A DNA stretch of 64,000 nucleotides from Perna viridis (taxonomy: Eukaryota): the NCBI GenBank assembly GCA_037379345.1, contig CM074513.1, positions 21,390,001-21,454,000 on the forward strand, read 5' to 3'. The position numbers and the translations under genes are program-made. Shown piece by piece: positions 53,001-64,000 of this stretch. Under the pieces are notes generated by a model. It ran no database searches. It had not been told where the DNA came from and saw nothing but the letters and a program-made list of their open reading frames with translations. Each line of letters begins with the position of its first letter. The stretch's first letter is position 1.

Positions 53001-55015
53001 AGTGATAATCTGTACATACATTTTCCTCAACTACAAACAAATAAGCTGCATTAACCGTTTTTCTAGCTTCCTAAGAGTTATTTTCAAAGTGTTTTCTTAT
53101 TTATTTCTTAAAAGCATGATAATTTACAATATGATTATCTTAGCATATCAATTGTTTGAGGGGCTTTGATTTGATACACTTGAATGAAATTTCATTTAAC
53201 GATATCTGATTCGTCACTCTTGAATTTGCGTCCGGCTAATTCTGATGGAAATTGTGCTTTTTTTCTGATGACATGTATTAGATAATATTTCATTTCGCCG
53301 CGCTTTCTATTTCAAGTTCTGAATATAAAGTACGACAAGCCCTATATTTGATATAATTTTGGACTTGACTTGATTTTTGATCGAATTAGTGTTCGGTAAT
53401 TTTGTTGTAACCCTTATTTCTTCGATATAAATGTTACTCATTATCAAACAACGATATCACAATTATGTCCGGTAGTTTGAGTTGTATTTGAGTAAAATTT
53501 ATGTAGTTTATTATATCTCTGCACCAAAAATTCGATATGCAGCGTAAATATGGTTTTAAATTTTAAGCAATATGACCTCTTTTGACACCTTTATTAGTTA
53601 AGTTTTCAAATAGATACCTATCCTATCTCGCCCCTTCTAGCTATCGTCCTTTTTTTCAATTGCTTAACAAACGCAAAAAAATGAGTACGTTTGACTATGC
53701 TTGACTGTAGGCAATGTCTAAATCATATTACAAGATGTTACTAGCAGTTTACAAGTACAACATTTATTTTTTTTATTGTTTTATGTTCTCACATTGATCA
53801 AGCATTGCAAGATTGTACTTTTCAACAAAATATGCTCTGGATGGTTGACTTCATAGTACCAATGTTTGTATTTGATTTTAACGATGTTATTTGAAATGCG
53901 TTTGATGCAACTCTTAAAAAATGCCTGAAATATAAGTGAATAGAATATAGCCAAAAAAAATCTCAATGGTGCTACTTGTATTATATTGTAAATAGGACTT
54001 TAATATGGTTGATCATTATTTTATTTCGAAAATAAATTATTGGAAATTTTTAATGTTAATTAATAAGACTTGTATCACCATGTTAATAGGACTTTAAACT
54101 TGCTGATTTTATATCTAGAAGGAAACATTTAGATATCAAAATAGACAAAAGGAACATTGTCAGAGATAACTTTCAAGTTCGTAATTAGATCTTTACTAAT
54201 TATTTACTAAACGCAACGTCCCTTCATATAATCGTGAACATTTGTTTTCTTGTGCTGAAAATCACGACATGATTATGGGAAGACGGAAACAATAAAATCA
54301 AACAAAAGAAAAAAAACAAATTTCACATAGACAAGACACGGAAATGAAAAAGGCTTAAGTACAACTTCAAGGTAAATTTCGTGATGGCTGTTTCGTATTT
54401 GTCGCAATGTGAGTAATTAAGTGCTCTCTTCATTACCGCCCCAGTGGTTTCGTGCTATCGAGTGTTTAAGGGTCGAGTTAAAACAAAGACTTTATATTTG
54501 GCAATCACTGCTTTTCCGCTAAGCACGTAGCATACAGATGATACAGTGATGACTGGTTAAAGCGGAGACTAAATAATGAGTCCGAATGGGTGATATGCTT
54601 ATGGGCGCTGTCGGCTGTTGAGTTTGTGGGCTAGCACATAGTGAAAATCTAATACAGAAATGAATGAATACTGTCCTTGTCAAAATTATGGCGGCCCTAG
54701 CCATGTCAGATGAAGTGTATGCTCTTTCAAATGGATTATATTAAAACGATATGATTATCAAAGGGATGTTCCATCGTATCCATTAAAAATGTGTAAAATA
54801 ACAACAAAAAACAAGCTTCTATTCTGTAGTAAAAATTTTAATTTCAGTAGAATTGATGACAGCATTGTCTATTGTATTTTTTTTTTTTTTCAGATAACCA
54901 AAAACAAAATACATCACAAAAGTCTCAGCAGGAATCGAATAGATCACTGAAATCCTCAAGTTGTGTTCTTGTTTTGCTAGCTACTGTTTTGTTACAGAGT
55001 GTAATCGTAATGTAA
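43961..55015 (+). CDS. Dpr/ZIG-8-like two-Ig-domain, probably GPI-anchored cell-surface protein (7 coding exons, 302 aa)
   Basis: Exons 43961-44045, 46346-46464, 47441-47657, 49466-49489, 49755-50069, 52904-52930 and 54894-55015 all have AG/GT boundaries and compatible phases (1,0,1,1,1,1). Total is 909 nt = 302 aa + TAA. Ig1 motifs: GDTAVLKC..VSWRK..SGIYECQIS. Ig2 motifs: LNLTC..IDWFHNG..DAGIYVCRS. Hydrophobic N- and C-termini and no cytoplasmic tail. Confidence 0.88.
44433..44711 (+). mobile_element. Naiad family A 3' UTR copy with duplicated 38-bp terminus, in intron 1 of the Ig gene
   Basis: Starts atgagcaactcgg. The terminal unit is repeated at 44633-44670 and 44671-44708. Confidence 0.92.
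46346..46464 (+). CDS. Coding exon 2, N-terminal part of Ig1 (AAIKRQLIPSFISTPREYVVYTGDTAVLKCVVRNSGTRS)
   Basis: Acceptor ttctctag, donor TCG|gtatgt. Contains the B-strand Cys motif GDTAVLKC. Not in the ORF track (the listed 46434 ORF is another frame). Confidence 0.9.
47441..47657 (+). CDS. Coding exon 3, remainder of Ig1 (VSWRK...SGIYECQISS...VHLNVL)
   Basis: Acceptor ctgtag, donor C|gtaagt. Contains the C-strand Trp and the (D/H)SGxYxC motif. Confidence 0.95.
49466..49489 (+). CDS. 24-nt microexon, inter-Ig linker (Q)QKRVIEP(S)
   Basis: Long polypyrimidine tract + ttcag, donor gtaagt, symmetric phase 1-1, no stop codon. Confidence 0.75.
49755..50069 (+). CDS. Coding exon 5, Ig2 domain
   Basis: Acceptor ttttcag, donor G|gtaagt. 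Motifs LNLTC, IDWFHNG, LISQLTI, DAGIYVC. Sequons NLT, NAT, NGT. Confidence 0.95.
51304..51513. mobile_element. TTAA-flanked MITE family A
   Basis: TTAA|ggagctagacctagg ... taggtctacctcc|ttag. Confidence 0.8.
51476..51737. repeat. 87-bp tandem triplication (MITE right TIR + flank)
   Basis: aagagtta recurs at 51481, 51568 and 51655; units are near-identical. Confidence 0.95.
51776..51880. repeat. Inverted repeat with 42-bp arms (4 differences) and a 21-nt loop
   Basis: 51776-51817 versus the reverse complement of 51839-51880. Confidence 0.92.
51985..52780 (+). mobile_element. Naiad family A, degraded and internally deleted (RT N-half fused to 3' UTR), intronic
   Basis: Remnants of LPSMYWISKLHKNPYKQRYI, KPLSKLLTSILT and SRSGINSIWILK, then a jump at ~52590 to cttaccc... 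and the terminus gttcccttgattactcttt. Confidence 0.85.
52904..52930 (+). CDS. 27-nt microexon, stalk (A)EKDIIKRE
   Basis: Pyrimidine tract + cagcag tandem acceptor, donor GAAG|gtaagt, phase 1-1. Confidence 0.8.
54435..54655 (+). mobile_element. tRNA-derived SINE, degraded
   Basis: ggtcgagttaaaacaaagactt...cactgcttttccgctaagcacgtagcat; homologous to 10714-10920. Confidence 0.65.
54894..55015 (+). CDS. Last coding exon, polar stalk plus GPI-like signal (DNQKQNTSQKSQQESNRSLKSSSCVLVLLATVLLQSVIVM*)
   Basis: Poly-T tract + cag acceptor. Open in phase 1 to TAA at 55013-55015. Ends in a C-terminal hydrophobic stretch preceded by small residues. Confidence 0.85.
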
Positions 55016-55460
55016 TGATTCGTGCCTTTGTAAGAATACACGAAGGAAGAACACAGTTGTTTATGAAATCCATTTGTTTTCATACTTCAGCATTCTTATT
55101 GTGGTAATCTTTGACATTTATCATTTTTCTCATCTTTTTCTCCGTAAGAATCGATTGCATCATTCTTATTTTTAAAAGTGTTAACACTCGGAGCTATAGA
55201 AAATCAAATCACCGAGAAACATAATTGATAAAACGAAGAAACCTGTAAGCGTCAGAGTCAACATGGCCAGTGATATAATTACCACATGTCCTTGTTTTTT
55301 CTATTTTTTGTTACTGTCATTTGAATTGTTATTTTTGTTTTAGTAAATTATACCAATCTGATGTTGATACTTGTTTTTGTCATTTTTTACATATTTGAAT
55401 ATTCTATAACATTTAGATGGATTCATGTCTTCTTATTGTTCTTGTTGGGTTACTATACAG

Positions 55461-55466
55461 AATAAA
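55461..55466 (+). terminator. Candidate polyadenylation signal AATAAA
   Basis: First AATAAA I found after the stop codon; others occur near 55975. The motif is common in AT-rich DNA. Confidence 0.25.
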
Positions 55467-57108
55467 GAGTCTCCATCTGTAATGAATCTTTTTCCTGAAT
55501 CAACAGATATTTCTTCTAACGAAGCAACAAGGCACGTCTCTTGCATGCAGTTTCAACTATTTTCTAGTGTTTTCAATTATACGGTTCGTTCACCTTTAGC
55601 CACATATTGGTAATACATTAATGGTTGGTAATTTGCCCATACAAAAATATCCTGACCCTTCTTCTATCCAACGTCCCCTTGATTTTTACTTGGTATGCTT
55701 GAAAGGGTAGATACATTTGTTCTGGTTAGATGCTAAGAATCTTGTCGCCATTTATTTAGATCATTTTTTCTCAATTTTCGTCAGCTATTTTCAAGTAAAA
55801 CATGACAGTTAAAATTTTTTTTTTAAATTAAAAAAAAAACAATCTCTAACATTTGCGTATAAATGGTGCCAATGAATATACCAAAGCGTCAAATATGGAA
55901 CAATTCTGAGAAAATCCATGTGTAAGGCCTAAACGTGAAATCATGTAACAGGATCCAACATCCACGATGTAGGCAATAAAAATAAAACACATGCAAAATT
56001 GAAGATAGGGAAAGTAAAAGATATTTGAAGCACCAAAAACTAGAAATTCAAAATTAATTAACAATGGCGTCTTTACCAAAACATGGTAGCTCATGCTAAA
56101 AATACGAATTTAAAAGATACAAAAAAATTAATGACAAACAAAAGACATACATTAAAGAATTAGATAACTAAGCGCGTTTTTATTTAGTTCATTTACAAAG
56201 ATTATAAGTGCAGCGTTCAGAATGATACATTAATTCTATGAAGAGATGCATATAAATTGGGATCAAATCGACCGAGATGAAATAATTAGGAAGACGTATA
56301 GCAATAAATGTTGTAGAAAACAATGGCCTAACAGTTGATATGACTTGCCATGTAAAAAAAGTTGCGTACACAAAAGTAAGTAAACACAACTAATCAAAAC
56401 TTTATGTTTAGTCGTACATGTGGCGGAAAAAAGGTGCAAAGAAAGTGAGTAATTGTCAAATAAATTAACAAGGCCAGACAAATTGTATATTTGGAATCAG
56501 ATCGCAAATCTAAGATAGATTCTTCCAACTAGTGCACGTCAATATCAATAAAAAAAATATATTTAAAAAAATTTGAAATTTTAAATCTATTCTTTCACCT
56601 AATGCATATGATCTTTTTTTCTAAACGTAAACGTCTCTGAAGAAATGACTGCAAACCTCTTCTCTTGACTTTATGTCGACGATGACTACAGATGGAAGTT
56701 TTCTAAAAAAAAAAAAAAAAAAATACGCGACGATTTCACACCCCACCCCCTCAATTGTCTAGTATCCCTTTTATTCAATAACAGCCAAACTACTCAATCG
56801 TTTGGATTTTTTGTCTTTTAGTTCATACGCTTCCCTAGAAAGTTAAACGACTCACACACAATACTACAGGGACAAAATGTGTTACTTTTAATTAATGTCA
56901 AAAGTTTTACAGTCGTTACAATTGGCCATAATGGCGTATCCAATATGAATGAAGAATCTCATCCGTCGTAGATATTCATCCTCATTCGGTGTACTTGGTT
57001 TAAGCACCTGAGGCCGTCTCGGTATTTATTAGGGTTTCTGTACTTTGTATTGTTCTGCGAATGACATGTAGGAAATCATGAGAAGATTTTTAACGTACAA
57101 TTCACATG

Positions 57109-58070
57109 AAATAGTAATCAAGCATACCACAATATTCTAGCGAAAATCAAAAGAACGCAATTCAGGGACAAAGACCAGACAGGGAAAACAGGCACAACAA
57201 AGAACATGAAATAACAAAAATAAAACGTACAGAGAAACATATATAAGTAAATGAGCAACTCGGACTCCATTTAAAACTGAAAGCATGGACCATGTGCACC
57301 AGTAGGGCAAGCGTATTCTGCATTTCTAGAAACACCCGTGGAGCTGCTCGTAAAAAGTTGAGTCCGGAAACACAAAAGAGGAAAGGAAAATTATGAAATG
57401 TTGAACAAATCGGTTATCATGGTGTATATTGATATACTGTAACGATCTACGAGTTCGTGATTACCTCAATCTTGAAGAAACATAACTCTGTTCTAGAAGT
57501 CTAGATGTGAGAATTCTAGCGGGGTGCAAATGTCTGCGCAGTTACGGTAATCATAACGTTTGAGTTGTGAAATGAAAGGTGTTGAAGGGATGTTGCCACG
57601 AATTGAAAGTTGACAATATGGAATGAAAAGTCATCGAGTTTGTCGTATAGTGAGGGCAAAAGTTTTCCTTTGCCATTGATCTCAGAGTGTAGATCAAGAT
57701 AAGAGACTTTACAATGTCTGTAGTATCCTTTATCATAAGTTCTTTAGGGTAGATGCAATGTATAAAACTAGGATTATTAACGATAATACGTTATCTATTT
57801 AGCAAAAACTGAGATCAAAGGATCTGGCTAAACGATGTTCTGACTTTAGATCAGGTCAGCTATAAAGTCGACCCCATAACAGTCAATGAATAGGCGAGTA
57901 GAGGAGCACAATTTGTTCCAATTGGAATGTCTACCGTTCGTTGAAATGGACAAATAATCTGTCGACCAAAAATTCCAGCATTTTGAAAACATCTACGATA
58001 TATTTGGAAGATGATTTGGAATCGTTTGGAGAAAGATTCATTTCTTGTAACATGTCTAATATATAGTGCT
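57109..58070 (-). mobile_element. Naiad family A, older degraded copy (RT core + 3' UTR)
   Basis: Remnants of IPIGTNCAPLLA and IKDTTD plus the 3' UTR. Confidence 0.85.
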
Positions 58071-59187
58071 TTGAAAATTGTACTCAAAACAATTCAAATC
58101 ATCTATGATTTTTAAGAAGAAATGAACATGGTTATTTATGATAATGTTTCGATAGCCCCAATAAACAGCCACAAAAAGACTTGTTCATAGAACACTTAAT
58201 AGAACAGGACAGTTTATTGGGTGAATTAAAAATAAATATGCAGAACCAATTGTATATTGTTTTGTGTAGATTAATCCAAATCAAACTTGTATGCAGCAAA
58301 ATTCGAAAAGCCAAAGCATATTACAAGATTGATGCAAAACGTCAACATGATTTAATAACGCTTCAGGAAATAAAGTACTTGCCAACAAAAACGTGATGTA
58401 GAAGTCAATGGGAGACAACCCAGATGAGGCAAAAACAAATTAATCTTAATTTTACACTCAATTATAGTTTAGAATAACCGAACATGTGTTAGGAATAGTT
58501 ACGTAATAGAGATACATGACTAACTTTTACTTTCTAAAAAAAAAAGCAGTAACATATATTACTGCTATTAATTCAGAGAATAGATACGTCCACGCATTGT
58601 TAGATTTTTTTTTTCAATAAGTATTTTCTTCTTCTGTTCCCGAGGTGTACGAGAATCGTAATTGGTTCTGTTCTATGAAGCCTGTCACTTAACTCAATAT
58701 CACAAGTCACTCAACTGGTTATTTCACCAGATTTTTTCAGTTAATACTTATAACCAATAAGACTGTCGGTGATGAATGTTTTGTTATAGTGTATTCATAT
58801 GTGAATACTTTATATACTTTATACTCAGGAAAATAATTGCATACAGTGGTAAAATGGATTACCAAATAAACCAATGAATTCAAACCAATTTTACTCATAG
58901 ACAGGACGATGTATTAAATCAAAGTTTTGTCAGGTCAACATTACAGTAGAAATAAAAAGAAACACATCATATTCATGTAGTTAATATGAAATTAATTTAA
59001 AATGAATTTTCTCTTGAATTTAACTTGTTGCGTTTCAAATTCGTGTGAATTAAACGTGAATATCAAGTAAATATTTAACAAATCATGTGAATTTAACGTC
59101 AAACAAAAATCACGTGAATTTTAAGATGAACCATTTTTTATAGTGTATAGTAAGGACAAACATGAAAATGGAAAAAATACATTTTGC

Positions 59188-59228
59188 ATGCACCATGAAA
59201 ACTAATTTATTCAACGGGTCATAGTTTT
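59188..59228 (+). mobile_element. Naiad family A internal sliver (RT stop region)
   Basis: tgcaccatgaaaactaatttattcaacgggtcatagtttt. Confidence 0.65.
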
Positions 59229-59997
59229 GCGCGTCATTTAGCTTTCGTTTTGAATTGTATACAGTTATGGCATAAAAAGTCAGTTACAGTATGACGATGT
59301 TGTCGAAATCTGCAAATGCTTTCAAATTTGCAGAGGAATGAACCAACCAAAACCAGCATTGTTATGCCTTTTGCCACTATTAGTTTCCCTTCACTATTTA
59401 CCCTATAATTTTGCTGTGAATAGATTCTTAATGCTTGATGTCAGTTTATGTAGTTCAGATTGCTATTCCTTTCAGTAATTTTTTATCTCGAATGTTCGTT
59501 TCAGCCTTTTCATCTTCAATTTAAGCCATCAATAAGTTAGCGTATTGGCAGTAAAGTGTCAAATTGTCCTTTCGTCACAACTATTGTCATTCAATATATT
59601 TTGATCATCTGTATAAAAACAAAGTTTTACCACTGCAAGAACAACTTTATTTGAATGAGCAGCTAACTGTGAAAGTAATTTGAGTGAGTTTGTATGTTAA
59701 TATCATTTTTATTTTGGCAAAGCATTTCAAAGACAATAGCTTTTGTTGTTCCGTTCAGACATGTTAAACCAAAATAGTGACATGGCCATTAATGTTATAA
59801 GACTTTTATTACTTTACAAGATGGAAAGTCGAGAAAATTGTTATTGATATGGTATTTAACGTTCTTGGCCACTCTTACGAGACTCGCATTGGTGGCTGAA
59901 ATGATGTTGCCAGCTTTTGTTTCGAAAAAAAAAACAATATATAAAGGGACTTATGATTTGGTAATATCTACCACTAGCCAAAGTGATGGCGATCTTT

Positions 59998-60080
59998 CAA
60001 AAGTAAATAAGCAACTCGGACTCCACTGAAAACTGCGAGCATGGACCGGGTGCACCGGTTCGGTAAGGGTCCTCTGCTTT
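59998..60080 (-). mobile_element. Naiad family A structured-motif fragment
   Basis: gcaactcggactccactg...ggaccgggtgcaccggt...cctctgcttt. Confidence 0.75.
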
Positions 60081-61502
60081 CCGCTTAGTGCGATTGACTT
60101 TAATGACGTCACAGTGTCCAAGCAAGTTATACGAAATAACTTGCCTTGCTCAAAGAAATTCAACCAGTCAGGAATCTCTTTTCAAATCAAATCAATTTAT
60201 GTGTATTTAAATCTTTGATCCTAAACTCGTCATTGATTTAGAAAAATCTATAATGACATATGATGTGATTCTTAAATAGATATCAGTTTTAATTAGTATC
60301 TTCTTTCCATTAGTTTTTTTTCTGTATGAACTACAGCTTTTGTAAATTATGGGCACACTTTCCTAAATTCTTCATTACTGTTTAATGACAATTTGTACGA
60401 AAATATAGCAGTAACTATGTATTGGAATATTTCGATTTTTTACATATATTTTTTTTTAATATCATTTGATGTTCGTTAGATAAAAGTCGGGTTTTTAAGC
60501 TTTTAACTTTGAAGAATATTCGATTGTTTGTTGTTTGTGCAAAGTACATTCAATATTTCGCTAATATGATAAAAATTGATGCATCAAAAAAAAATTCTTT
60601 GACCAATTCAAACATTTTACTAAATCCAAATATTTGATAAATTCACTATGCATGAATGCATGCTATTAAGTGAAATACAAATTAATAGTTTCACATTTCC
60701 GTTTTGAATTGCTTTACAACAAAGAGGCATTTTCCTCTAACATTTCAATTCAGAAACATTGTAGTGAATAATAAAAGAAATATGCTTTCAAAGTTTTAGA
60801 AAAAAAAACAATACGAACATAAAATATCGTTCGATCATTGTTATCTACATAATTGATATGGTTGATTATTATCTGCAGAACAATTTACAAATTTGTCAAG
60901 TTAGAAATATAATTAAGAAGAACTTCTCAGTACAAAACAAAATGAATATCACAAAATATTTCGAAATAGTAATGATTGGTTCCTCGAAATAATGATTAAA
61001 TAGTATTTGCTTTCAAAGAATAGAATGTTTCATCGAGACAGATATCATTTGTCATTGTAAAACTTCAGAATAAATTGAAACTTTCTGTTTAGATAATTTT
61101 GCTTTTTCTTCCTTTCAAGAACATCACAGCTATTCAGTTTTTTCCAAAAACGGATATGAAAGCTTTATCATAAGGCAGACATCGTCTGGAATACTGAATT
61201 AAAGAAAATTAAACTTACTCATTAATAATATCTTTGTAGCAATCAACCTCGTTGTAAATTGATTCGGAAAAGTAATTTTTGCCACCATATATTTGCTAAT
61301 AAAGATAACTCGATGGATGTAATAAGATACATCGTCCCGCGTGAGCGTTTTCTTTTCTTTTCCTCTGTGATTTTCGTTTTGGGTTTTTTAATGTTGTCTA
61401 AGTTTTTTATTATTATTATTTCATTAAAATTTTAAAATTTCACCCTTGAATTCCTTTGCGGAATCTGTCGCGTTTTGTTATCATGTTAACTACTGTTTGT
61501 TT

Positions 61503-61594
61503 GACCGGTGCACCTGGTCCATGTTCTGGGCTCTATCCCTTGATTGTATTCTTTTCATTTCTGCTGTAATCTTTGTTCCCTTGGTTACTCTTTC
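61503..61594 (+). mobile_element. Naiad family A 3' fragment with internal deletion
   Basis: accggtgcacctggtccatg ... gttcccttggttactcttt. Confidence 0.7.
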
Positions 61595-62805
61595 TAATAC
61601 ATAGATACATGTAAAGCAGCTATCTCATAATTACTTCAGCTCATGAGTAGAAAAAATATAAAACATTTAAATTCCAATACTTTTTTGTTACACGCAGCTC
61701 CTTTAATGTTGATATAATTGATATCTAAATATCATGCTCGGTTTTTACTAATTATGAGATTAAGTCAAAAGGTTCTTTTATCGCGCAAAAAATCTTATAT
61801 GGATTCAAATTTTATATGTGCAATTATATATGCAACTTGGGATATTTTGAGTAGATGAAAGAAAGAAAGAGCAGTATATTTTAATATTTCAATAATCATT
61901 AACCGAACGCAATATTTCAGACTTTGTAGACAAAATCGTCACATGAACTTAGATATTAGGAACATGTCGTAATTTATTAAAAATCAAATAAAAGAGAAAA
62001 ATATATTAAAGGAATATGGAGGTTTTTGATTTGTTGAATCGAAAATAATGATCAGTTTTAGGACTTGAAACTCTCGTTGTCGATTTAGTTTACATCAATA
62101 TGATGCAGTTGTTTAAATTTTATATTTTGTGCTACGGCTAATTTTCATATGGTGTAAATATAGTTTAGCATCATATTTTCGCCATCTAATTTACACAAAA
62201 GAGGATTTTGTTAAAATGAATGTGGATATACGATATAAACAGACATTTCGTTTGCTTTTGAATGGAAGTGAACGACCCATTTACGAGAATTCAGAGGGTT
62301 ACGTAACTTTCCAGCCCTATTGTCAACGACGAAATACAGTTTAGTTTTACGTTTCTATATACAAAAATGTAGATAATTTCTTCAACTATTTGAGGTTTAC
62401 TCTACCTACTTTGATTCCAAGATCAGTAAACTAGCGTTTGTCCGCGTCAAATCAGACCAATTTACACAAGTTATAAGCACAGTAACCTTTACGACCGCAT
62501 AGATGGATTGTTCTATCGTTACAGAAGTTGTAAAGAGACAAAAAAATATTGTCACAATGATTTCTCTTAAGAAATACAGCATTGTTGTCATGGAACTTGA
62601 CGACAGGATCGGAATAAATGTTTAACCAATGATATTACATTTCCCGAAAGGAAATTAATTTTCTAGTTAATTTTAATCATTAAAATATATTTTTGTAGTG
62701 TCAAGTCAACAAAAGATTTTAGAAGATTGTCTAGTTCTATTTAGAAACCTACTACCATTATTTACACATCATATTACGCAATTGTATTGCATGGCTCTTT
62801 TCAAT

Positions 62806-64000
62806 AACAAGAGGCTCCCAGGGGCCTAATTTGCTCACCTGGTTAAAGTTTGTATTTCAAGGGTAATAAAGTTAACAAGGAGATGTCCAACAATTTTGAC
62901 TTAGAAGACTTTGGTAGGACTTATCACAAGGATCATTTCAGCAATTGAAAGTTTCTTTCTATCTATAATAGGTTTCAAGGTATTGGCTGAAAACTAAAAA
63001 AAACATCTTTCAAGGGCAATAACTCTTACAAGAAGTCGACTGACAACTTTGATCCCTGAAGACCTTTGAAGGCCGTATAATAAGGATCATTTCAGCAATT
63101 GAAAGAGTTTGGCTAAACCTAACGGTTTTGAGATATATGCGAAAAACTACTGTCTGAGCCCTATGTTCTACTACTAATGGGGGCCTTGTTTTTTGATGGA
63201 TCAAAAATCCCCACATCAGTTCTATGCAAGATATCACAAGGAACATTCATATCAAATTTGGTTTCAATTGGTCAAGTAGTGTCAGAGGAGAAGATTTTTG
63301 AAAGAAATAACATTGAAAATAGCAAAAATCGTTGAAAAGGGGTAATACCTCAAACATGGCTTAACGGATTAAAACCAAAATTTGACCAGAGATAGATCTC
63401 ATCATGCTGAACACTTTTACCCATGTCAGAATTTAGCTAAACCTAACGGTTTGGCAGATATATTCAAAAATCTACTTTCTGACCCTATGTTCTATTTTAA
63501 ATAACGGCAGCCATGTTTTTAACGAATCAAAAATCCGCACATCAGTTCTATGCAAGATACCCTAAGAAACATTCATACCAAATTTGGATTCAATTGGTCA
63601 AGTAGTGTCAGAGGAGAAGATTTTTGAAAGAAATAACATTAAAAATAGCAAAAATCGTTGAAAAAGGGCAATAACTCCAACATGGCTTAATAGATTAAAA
63701 TGAAAATTTGACCGCAGATAGATCTCATCATGTTGAACACTTTCGTCCTGTCAGATCTTAGTTAAACCTAACGGTTTAGGAGATATATGTGAAAAACTTC
63801 TGTCTGACCCCTATGTTCTATTAGTAACGGCGGACATGTTTTTCGACAAATCAAAAATCCCCACATCAATTCTATGCATGATACCCCAAGAAACATTTAT
63901 ACCAAGTTTGGTTTTAATCAGTGAAGTAGTTTCAGAGGAGAAGAGTTTTGTACAATTGTAAACGACGACGGACGCCAAGTGATGGCAATAGCTCACATGG
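62806..64000 (+). mobile_element. Non-autonomous Helentron/HINE-like element with internal tandem repeats (runs off the window end)
   Basis: 5' AACAAGAGGC...GCTCACCTGG. Internal period ~325 bp (tcaaaaatcc at 63201, 63527, 63851). 3' part gacgacggacgccaagtgatggcaatagctcacatgg resembles bivalve pearl/HINE-type ends. Confidence 0.75.

Noticed and set aside
58132-58396. Overlapping 60-71 aa ORFs
   Set aside because: No recognisable motifs or splice structure.

Overview
AT-rich eukaryotic genomic DNA. The repeat content suggests a bivalve mollusc (inference). One spliced protein-coding gene can be assembled by hand on the + strand (7 coding exons, 43961-55015, 302 aa). It encodes a signal peptide, two Ig domains and a GPI-type hydrophobic tail, i.e. 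a Dpr/ZIG-8-like cell-surface IgSF protein, and includes two phase-1 microexons. The remaining sequence is intron or upstream DNA with many transposon remnants. These include about 18 fragments of a Naiad-type Penelope-like retroelement, an older Naiad that still shows the CxC linker, two TTAA-flanked (Kolobok-like) MITE families, pogo/Tigger-like MITEs, a tiny MITE with a 9-bp TSD, tRNA-derived SINEs and a Helentron/HINE with internal satellite. Most ORFs in the supplied track are artefacts of these repeats. The most interesting signals are: (i) a multi-stem, apparently pseudoknotted RNA motif in the Naiad 3' UTR that covaries between two families and coincides with 5' truncation points; (ii) paralogous upstream cassettes that each end in a strong splice donor, possibly an array of alternative first exons for the Ig gene; (iii) a decayed minimal hammerhead ribozyme in a tandem unit; (iv) microexons that each add a dibasic KR site. 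All alignments were made by eye.
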